Shown piece after piece: positions 57,442 through 64,000 of a stretch of 64,000 bases of DNA. This DNA comes from Gammaproteobacteria bacterium (GTDB lineage: Bacteria > Pseudomonadota > Gammaproteobacteria > Magnimaribacterales > D2472): the NCBI GenBank assembly GCA_965656035.1, contig CBFHIO010000001.1, positions 4,687 to 68,686 of the forward strand, in the 5' to 3' direction. Each line of letters starts with the position of its first letter. Position 1 is the first letter of the stretch. Position numbers and translations under genes: made by a program. The notes under the pieces were generated by a model. The model was given only the letters and a program-made list of their open reading frames with translations. It had not been told where the DNA came from and made no database searches.

Positions 57442-58716
57442 CTATTCAAACTGAATTTTAGTATCAGCAAAAAATAAATAAAATATTCCTCCAAATACCA
57501 AAATAAAGGTAGATATATTAAATATTAAAAACCATGATCCTGTAAGCTCTAATATTAATCCAGCAACAATAGGACTGATAATCGCAGCAATCATCCCAAT
57601 ACCGCCTGCAAAGCCAACAATAGAACCAGTATATTTTGGGCCCAAATCAGCATGATTAACTCCAAAACCTCCAACAGCAATTCCACTTAATGCATTCGTA
57701 AAAGACAATAAAACTATAATAGATATATATGAATCTTGAAATGGAATCATTGAAAGACAAGTTGCACCACCAAGAAAACCTATTGTATTTACAGTTTTTC
57801 TCACTATTAATACTTGGAACCCTTTTTTGATTAATGAGTCTGCTAAATAACCTCCGGAAATTAAAGCTAAAACTGAAACAATACTTGGTATAAGTATCAT
57901 TATGATAAATATCGCTGAATCTAATTCGATACCTAAACCACCAGTTGAGATTGGACTATTAACATATTTAGGTAAGTACGAAATAAAGGTAAATAATGCC
58001 CAATTATTACAAAATGTAGCTACTGTGATTGCTATAAAAGGAAGATTGGTAAGTAACTTCGTTAATGGCAGTTTGCTTGCCTTAGAGTCAGCTGGCGCTT
58101 CTGATTTAATTAATTCTAATTCTTCTGAAGATATATGTTTGTGGTCCTGAGGGTCAGAGGTGAAATTTTTATGCCAAAATACGAACCAGATCAACCCAAG
58201 TATTCCAAAAGAGTAAAATACCCATTCCCATGAATATGATGCAATTATTAATGCCGCCGCTACATAACCAAAAATTGTACCTGCAGAAATGCCACTATTT
58301 GTAATGGCGATCGACCTCGTTCTTTCATTGAAAGGAATCCATCTTGCATACAAAGAATGCCAGGATGGGAAAGTAATACCTTCGCCCAATCCTATCAGGA
58401 TTCTTATAAATAATAATGCAAGAAAACCGTTGTATGCAAAAAAAGGAGTGAGCATTGTAAATATTGACCAAAGCAAAACTCCAGCTCCTAGAACAGTCTT
58501 ACCGCCATATTTATCAGCTAAAATTCCTCCAAGTATCATTGTAAGAACATATCCGATATAAAAAATTGAAAAAATGATGCCTGTTTGGGTTTCACTCCAC
58601 CCAAATTGCTCTTGCATAGGAATAATTGCAACAGAGATATTAACTCTATCTATATAGCATATAAAAACTGCCAGGAAAGACATTAAGACTAGCCTAAATC
58701 TAATTGGTATCATCAT
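57442..58716 (-). CDS. MFS transporter (anion:cation symporter-like)
   Basis: 424 aa with 12 TM helices and the motif DRVNISVAI..GGILADKYGGK. Confidence 0.85.
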   Translation of the reverse strand: MMIPIRFRLVLMSFLAVFICYIDRVNISVAIIPMQEQFGWSETQTGIIFSIFYIGYVLTMILGGILADKYGGKTVLGAGVLLWSIFTMLTPFFAYNGFLALLFIRILIGLGEGITFPSWHSLYARWIPFNERTRSIAITNSGISAGTIFGYVAAALIIASYSWEWVFYSFGILGLIWFVFWHKNFTSDPQDHKHISSEELELIKSEAPADSKASKLPLTKLLTNLPFIAITVATFCNNWALFTFISYLPKYVNSPISTGGLGIELDSAIFIIMILIPSIVSVLALISGGYLADSLIKKGFQVLIVRKTVNTIGFLGGATCLSMIPFQDSYISIIVLLSFTNALSGIAVGGFGVNHADLGPKYTGSIVGFAGGIGMIAAIISPIVAGLILELTGSWFLIFNISTFILVFGGIFYLFFADTKIQFE

Positions 58717-58746
58717 TAATACTAATCTTAACTTTTAATTGAAAGA

Positions 58747-60030
58747 TTATCTTTGTTTAGATAGTCTTTTTTCAAGGACATTTAACTTCAAGTTTCCTGG
58801 AGATCCTTCCGAATAATTGGATTTATTTGTTTCTGAAAATTCTGACAAATCATTAGAGTTTTTTACTTTATTGTAAGCATCTCTAAAAGGCGTTCCTTCG
58901 CTTACTAAGGCATAAACCTTATCTGTCATTTTCATTCCACTATCAATATATTCTAATGAATTCTTTTTATTTATGTTAATAGAATTAATAAGTTTTGGGA
59001 GAATACTTAAAGATTTTAAAGAAATATCAAAGCTGTGTACTAAACTCCTCTTTGTTAGTTGAAGATCTCTATGATAGCCACTTGGAAGAGATATGATATT
59101 TTCTAACTCTGAGGCTTGACCAGCTAAAATTGAATAATTTGCTCTAAGAATCTCTATAACATCAGGGTTATGTTTGTTAGGCATAATCGAAGAACCAGTT
59201 TGGTATGCTTGATCAATAGTTAATAAATTAAACTCCTGAGACATAAAAAGGCTCATATCCCATGCAAACTTTCTTACATCAAGCATAGACTGTTTTAAAG
59301 TATTGATAACTTGCATCTCATACTTACCTCTACTATTTTGGGTATATAAACTATTTAGTTGAATTCTCTTGAACCCCAACTCTTTGGTTGTAATTTTTCT
59401 ATCCAAAGGAAGTGCAACTCCATAGCCTGCAGCGCTACCAAGCGGGTTAGAATCTATCCAGTCAATAGTACTATTTATCAAATCAATGTTATCGATAAAG
59501 GACTCAGCATAAGAACTAAACCATAAACCCCATGAAGAAGGCATTGCTCTTTGAAGATGGGTGTATCCAGGCATAGGGATATGTTCATATTTTTTTGCCA
59601 TTTGTAAAAATATTTTAGCGATAGATAGATTTAGTTTTTTAAAATCATGTAGATTATTTTTTGCAAATAGTCTCATTGCTACAAGAACTTGGTCATTTCT
59701 ACTTCTACCTGTATGAACTTTCTTTCCAAGGTCTCCTAATTCTTTAGTTAGGTAGAATTCAATTGCTGAATGACAGTCTTCATATTTTTTTGTTAACTTA
59801 AAAGAGCCTTCCAAAAATTTCTTTCTTAGCTCCTTAAGAGATTTATTGAGCTTATTAAGCTCAACCTTGTTGAGAATACCAATTGATTGAAGTCCTTTAA
59901 TATGTGCAATAGTTGCATCGACATCATATACAAAAATAAAATTATCAAGTTCAACGTCTTCGCCTGCTAAAAATGAAGATATTTCGTCTGATACTTTGGT
60001 ACCTGAACTGTTCCATATTTTTTTATTCAT
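58747..60030 (-). CDS. argH: Argininosuccinate lyase
   Basis: 427 aa with the fumarate-lyase signature GSSIMPNKHNPD. Confidence 0.92.
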   Translation of the reverse strand: MNKKIWNSSGTKVSDEISSFLAGEDVELDNFIFVYDVDATIAHIKGLQSIGILNKVELNKLNKSLKELRKKFLEGSFKLTKKYEDCHSAIEFYLTKELGDLGKKVHTGRSRNDQVLVAMRLFAKNNLHDFKKLNLSIAKIFLQMAKKYEHIPMPGYTHLQRAMPSSWGLWFSSYAESFIDNIDLINSTIDWIDSNPLGSAAGYGVALPLDRKITTKELGFKRIQLNSLYTQNSRGKYEMQVINTLKQSMLDVRKFAWDMSLFMSQEFNLLTIDQAYQTGSSIMPNKHNPDVIEILRANYSILAGQASELENIISLPSGYHRDLQLTKRSLVHSFDISLKSLSILPKLINSININKKNSLEYIDSGMKMTDKVYALVSEGTPFRDAYNKVKNSNDLSEFSETNKSNYSEGSPGNLKLNVLEKRLSKQR

Positions 60031-60967
60031 AATTAATTCCAGTCAATTCATTAAGGCTGCAAGCATTATTAAGGTTTTGTATTACTTGTGTGGCAGCTCC
60101 TTTTAATAAATTATCTAAAGTGCAGCATACCGTTAAGCCATATCCACTCTCATCTACCTCAAAACCACCAATATATACATAATGACTATTAGATACTTTG
60201 TTAATCATTGGTATTTCTTCTATCACACGTATAAGCCTCTTGTCGCTATAAAAGCTCTTATAAAGTTCACATATTTGACGACTAGATGCTTTTTTGGTTA
60301 GCTGAATATGAGAAGTTACAAGAATGCCTCTAAAAAAATTAGCTACATGAGGACTAAAAGATATTTCTTTGTAACAGTGTTTTATTACCTCTTTTTCATG
60401 AATATGCCCAGATAATGAATATGGAATAATATTTCCTTCAAGGTTTCTTGGATCATTTTTATCATTTGGACTTGCGCCTGCACCACTATAACCAGAAATA
60501 CCCATACAACTTACTCTCCCATTTATAAGATGCTTTATTGGAAATAAAGAAAATTGTATTGCAGATGCATAACAACCTGGATTGCTAATTCTTTTGTCTG
60601 AAGAGGGAGCTGCAAGCTCTGGTAATTTATATGCCCACCCATCATCAAATCTATAATCTGCACTAATATCAATAATAATAATATTAGAATCATATTTTTC
60701 TATATTTTTAATATATTTAGAAGACTCATTATTTGGTAAAGCCATAATTACAATATCAATATCTGTAAAATCTAATTTATCTGGGCTGTCTAATAGTTTA
60801 TAGGTTAGACTCTTTGACTTGGTATAATCATCAACCAGCTTCCCTTGAGAAGTTTTGGAATAGATATCTGATATAAAAAAATTAGGATGGTTATTGATAA
60901 TCTTAATTATCTCTTGGCCAACATAGCCCCTGCCACCAAGAATAGAAATGTTAAAACTAGTTTTCAT
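60023..60967 (-). CDS. argC: N-acetyl-gamma-glutamyl-phosphate reductase (short type)
   Basis: 314 aa with the motif ILGGRGYVGQE and the active site ISNPGCYA. Confidence 0.9.
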   Translation of the reverse strand: MKTSFNISILGGRGYVGQEIIKIINNHPNFFISDIYSKTSQGKLVDDYTKSKSLTYKLLDSPDKLDFTDIDIVIMALPNNESSKYIKNIEKYDSNIIIIDISADYRFDDGWAYKLPELAAPSSDKRISNPGCYASAIQFSLFPIKHLINGRVSCMGISGYSGAGASPNDKNDPRNLEGNIIPYSLSGHIHEKEVIKHCYKEISFSPHVANFFRGILVTSHIQLTKKASSRQICELYKSFYSDKRLIRVIEEIPMINKVSNSHYVYIGGFEVDESGYGLTVCCTLDNLLKGAATQVIQNLNNACSLNELTGINYE

Positions 60968-62273
60968 ATGAAATTGTTGCTGGTTGATTTACAGCATAAT
61001 TAATACATGCAGTAAGTTCATCTAAATCATTAATACCAATCCAAAAAATGTACCACTCATCAGATTTTTGAAAACCATCACAGACGTCCTTATAAAAACT
61101 ATTTATTGCATTGCTAGCCCTTGATCTCCAAAAGATCTTATTATGCTCAGAAAGCATTTTATTCCACATAGCATTTCCAAGACCTTCCCCTCTTGCTGAA
61201 TTAATAACAGCAAATTTATCCATGTATGTAATATCTTTGAAAGTAGTTATAACTATGGAGGATCTGTTACATTTGCTAATGTAAAATTCTTTATCATCAT
61301 TATCAAAATAATTTTTACTTAAGCTCCCCTTAAAAGCAGATTCTAATATTGAAACTATGATATTAATTTGGTCCGTATTTAAAGTTCTTAATTTATTTAT
61401 TTGGTGTCCAGCTTTAACTAGAGTTCCAAACCCAGCATCAGTAAATAACTCTCTATTGAGATGGAGAGGTTTTGTTATTGATACAGAACTATTACTTGGA
61501 AGAGAGTCTAATAATAATTTAATTTGCTCTAATTTTAATTTCATTCCTGAGTGAAGCCAGTCCTGATTCATGAGCTTGTTATAGTCATCTTTTATATTTA
61601 TATTAGAAATTAACTGACCGTTACCATCAAAAATACCACCTATTTCACTTAAGAAAATTACTTTGTCTGGCACTATTTCTTTTGCCAAAGCTAGGGTTGC
61701 TTTGTCTCCATTAATATTGACTAATTGATGCTCGTCTGTGTAACCAATTGGTGCGATAACAGGTATACCTCCTGAGGAAATAATATCTCTAATTTTATTA
61801 GAATTAGTTTCTTTTATCTGACCAACATAGCCAAGATCTTTGTTCTCAATATTACAACTAAAGATATCGCCTATAACTGAGATTGCATTTACATGTTGAT
61901 CATTGAGGGCAGATACAATTTTTTTATTCTCACCAGTAAAAATTTCATAAGCTAAATCTAATACATCTTTTGTAGTTACTCTTTGGCCGTTTAAAAAAGA
62001 GAATTCAATTTTTCTTTTATTGAGTTCCTCAGATAACTTAGGTCCTCCACCATGCACAATTATTGGTCTAAGGCCAACTTCATTTAAAAAAGCTAATGAT
62101 GAAACCAAGTTTTCAAGATCGCTTTGAATAACTGCGCCGCCAACTTTTATTACAGCAAATCTATAATCATCAGAAGAAAACCTGTCCAGATATTTTCTAA
62201 TTTCTTTTTCACTACTCATGCTACTGAGCAACTTTAAGAGAGTATCTTTCTTGTAACTCTTCTTCATTTTCAA
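60957..62273 (-). CDS. argAB: Bifunctional N-acetylglutamate synthase/kinase (ArgB kinase domain fused to a C-terminal GNAT domain)
   Basis: 438 aa. The N-terminal amino-acid-kinase motifs are FAVIKVGGAV and IVHGGGPKL. The C-terminal segment of roughly 150 aa has a GNAT-like motif, FAVINSARGEGLGNAMWNKM. Confidence 0.82.
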   Translation of the reverse strand: MKMKKSYKKDTLLKLLSSMSSEKEIRKYLDRFSSDDYRFAVIKVGGAVIQSDLENLVSSLAFLNEVGLRPIIVHGGGPKLSEELNKRKIEFSFLNGQRVTTKDVLDLAYEIFTGENKKIVSALNDQHVNAISVIGDIFSCNIENKDLGYVGQIKETNSNKIRDIISSGGIPVIAPIGYTDEHQLVNINGDKATLALAKEIVPDKVIFLSEIGGIFDGNGQLISNINIKDDYNKLMNQDWLHSGMKLKLEQIKLLLDSLPSNSSVSITKPLHLNRELFTDAGFGTLVKAGHQINKLRTLNTDQINIIVSILESAFKGSLSKNYFDNDDKEFYISKCNRSSIVITTFKDITYMDKFAVINSARGEGLGNAMWNKMLSEHNKIFWRSRASNAINSFYKDVCDGFQKSDEWYIFWIGINDLDELTACINYAVNQPATISYEN

Positions 62274-63464
62274 TTATTTTTTATTAACTTCTGTCCACGT
62301 TGATGTACTTTTTCCTAGGAGTTTTATAAAGCCTGCTGACTCTTCAATACTCCATGAAGCAGACTGAGCATACACAGCATCCTTGCTTACTAAAATCTTT
62401 TTTGAGTCAACTGCAACAGCTTCAACTTTTCCAGCAGTCAAAAGCACTGTTACTTTTCCAGTTACTGGTTTTTGAATATCTTCAAGAAAACTTTCAAGAT
62501 TTTTAGTTAAAGGGTCAAAGTAAAATCCTCCGTAAACAAGCTCTACCCACCTTTTACCAATAATTGGCTTAAAATTATTTTGTTTATCAGTAAATATAGC
62601 TTCTTCTATTGCTCTATGAGACCTTTGTAATATAGATATGCCAGGCGATTCAAAAAGAAACCTGCCTTTAATACCTATAATAGTATCTCCTGCAAACAAC
62701 TCTCTTCCGATTCCATATTTACCACCAATTTTATTTAACATTCTTAATAAATCTGGTCCCTTCATAGATTTACCATTTATTTTTTTAGCCTCACCTTTGG
62801 AGAATTCTATTTCGAGCTTTTTGGGTTTTAATGGGTAGTTATCTGGGGTGTTGCAAAGAATATAACTTTCCTTTGATGGCTCCTTCCAATCATCAATCTC
62901 TGAACCAGAAACAGTAGCACCCATAAGATTTTCATTAACACTGTACTTAGTATTGAGAGTAGAAACTTTAAATCCCTTATTCTTAAGATATTCTTGTTCA
63001 TACCCTCTTACATCAGTAACTTTATTTTGTATTTCTCTAATTGGTGTAATTATTTTGTAACTTCCAAAAGCTTGAATAGATAAATCAAATCTAACTTGGT
63101 CATTACCCATACCTGTACAGCCATGAGAAATGTACTTTGTATTCAATTTCTTACAAAGCTTTATAGCTTCTGAAACAATAAGATATCTGTCAGAACAAAG
63201 CGCTGGATATTTGTCCTGATATAAAGATCCAGACCAAACCAACGGTTTAATTATCTCCTTCCAAAGACTTGTCTCAATGCTAATATTTATATGTTTTTTT
63301 GCGCCTAATTCATAAGCTCTGTTTGAAATCTTTTTCTCTTCATTTGAAGATGTTCCGCCGCTGTTAACAAAGATGGTGTGAACTTCAAAGCCCTGATCAA
63401 TAAGATACGGGACACAAAAACTCGTATCTAAACCTCCAGAAAATGCTAAAACAATTTTTTTCAT
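62274..63464 (-). CDS. argG: Argininosuccinate synthase
   Basis: 396 aa with the motifs AFSGGLDTS and SHGCTGMGNDQVRF. Confidence 0.95.
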   Translation of the reverse strand: MKKIVLAFSGGLDTSFCVPYLIDQGFEVHTIFVNSGGTSSNEEKKISNRAYELGAKKHINISIETSLWKEIIKPLVWSGSLYQDKYPALCSDRYLIVSEAIKLCKKLNTKYISHGCTGMGNDQVRFDLSIQAFGSYKIITPIREIQNKVTDVRGYEQEYLKNKGFKVSTLNTKYSVNENLMGATVSGSEIDDWKEPSKESYILCNTPDNYPLKPKKLEIEFSKGEAKKINGKSMKGPDLLRMLNKIGGKYGIGRELFAGDTIIGIKGRFLFESPGISILQRSHRAIEEAIFTDKQNNFKPIIGKRWVELVYGGFYFDPLTKNLESFLEDIQKPVTGKVTVLLTAGKVEAVAVDSKKILVSKDAVYAQSASWSIEESAGFIKLLGKSTSTWTEVNKK

Positions 63465-63469
63465 TTTTA

Positions 63470-64000
63470 TTATTCCTTTAGTAAAGTTGAAAGAAGTGAT
63501 TTTTGAACGTGCATCCTATTACCTGCCTCTTGAATAGCAACACAATAGTCTGAATCCATTACTTCGTCGGTGGCTTTGATATTTCTTCTTAGAGGCAAAC
63601 AATGACTAAATAAAGCATCATTTGTTTTTGACATTTTTTCTCCATCAACTATGAAATGTTTAAAGCCATCTCTAAGAATTTTTTCTTCCTGAGGATTGCC
63701 GTAGTAGGACAAAGAACCCCAGCTTTTAGCATAAACAATATCTGCATTTTCATATCCATAGTCGATATCATGGGTGATTTCAAATTCCATATTATTTAAT
63801 GCACAGCTTTTTTCTGCTTCATTAATATAATTCTCGTGAAGGATATATTCTTCTGATGGGCACAGTAGCTTTACGTTCATACCAAATTTGCTTGCAATTA
63901 ATAGTGAAGAATTTGCTACGGCTGTATTTAAAGATTTTGGGTGGTATGTCCAAGTTAAAAGATAGTCTTTTCCTGTAAGGTCTCCTAAGTTTTCTTGCAT
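63470..64000 (-). CDS. argF': Carbamoyltransferase of the N-acetyl/N-succinyl-ornithine type, C-terminal part (the N-terminus lies beyond the window)
   Basis: The C-terminal motif is HCLPLRRN rather than the HCLPAFH typical of ornithine carbamoyltransferases. The gene sits at the head of an argG/argAB/argC/argH cluster. Confidence 0.75.
   Translation of the reverse strand: MQENLGDLTGKDYLLTWTYHPKSLNTAVANSSLLIASKFGMNVKLLCPSEEYILHENYINEAEKSCALNNMEFEITHDIDYGYENADIVYAKSWGSLSYYGNPQEEKILRDGFKHFIVDGEKMSKTNDALFSHCLPLRRNIKATDEVMDSDYCVAIQEAGNRMHVQKSLLSTLLKE

Overview
The window is an AT-rich, very gene-dense chromosomal core segment: about 73 protein-coding genes, 6 tRNA genes, and almost no intergenic DNA. 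Gene content and synteny point to a gammaproteobacterium. The supporting blocks are tig-clpP-clpX-lon-hupB-ppiD, mltD-gloB next to rnhA-dnaQ, hda/DUF2066 next to purMN-DUF3108, and dnaX-recR. The compactness, low G+C and the TonB-dependent receptor at the left edge suggest a streamlined marine lineage such as SAR86, but that is inference only. Content is mostly housekeeping: proteostasis, replication and repair, purine and arginine biosynthesis, transporters, and periplasmic thiol-disulfide proteins. I saw no CRISPR array, transposase, integrase, prophage or recognisable defence or toxin module, and I cannot support a claim of a novel multi-gene system here. The points most worth a second look are small-scale. 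(1) A promoter, hairpin and terminator unit between tRNA-Val(GAC) and sbcB looks like an unannotated small RNA with a C/U-rich loop. (2) A near-identical promoter drives two tiny membrane ORFs, split at a T8 run, that are translationally coupled to a pseudoazurin gene. (3) The ibpA leader folds into three hairpins with a ROSE-like UCGCU/Shine-Dalgarno helix. (4) A10, A7 and A9 runs in dnaX lie where gamma-subunit recoding occurs in other bacteria. (5) tRNA genes abut downstream CDSs at 7-23 nt, which implies tRNA-punctuated polycistrons. (6) Convergent genes overlap at their 3' ends throughout the window. (7) The arginine cluster is Xanthomonas-type, with a fused argA/B and an acetylornithine-type carbamoyltransferase. 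All coordinates, folds and spacer counts were worked out by hand from the sequence. No database search was run.
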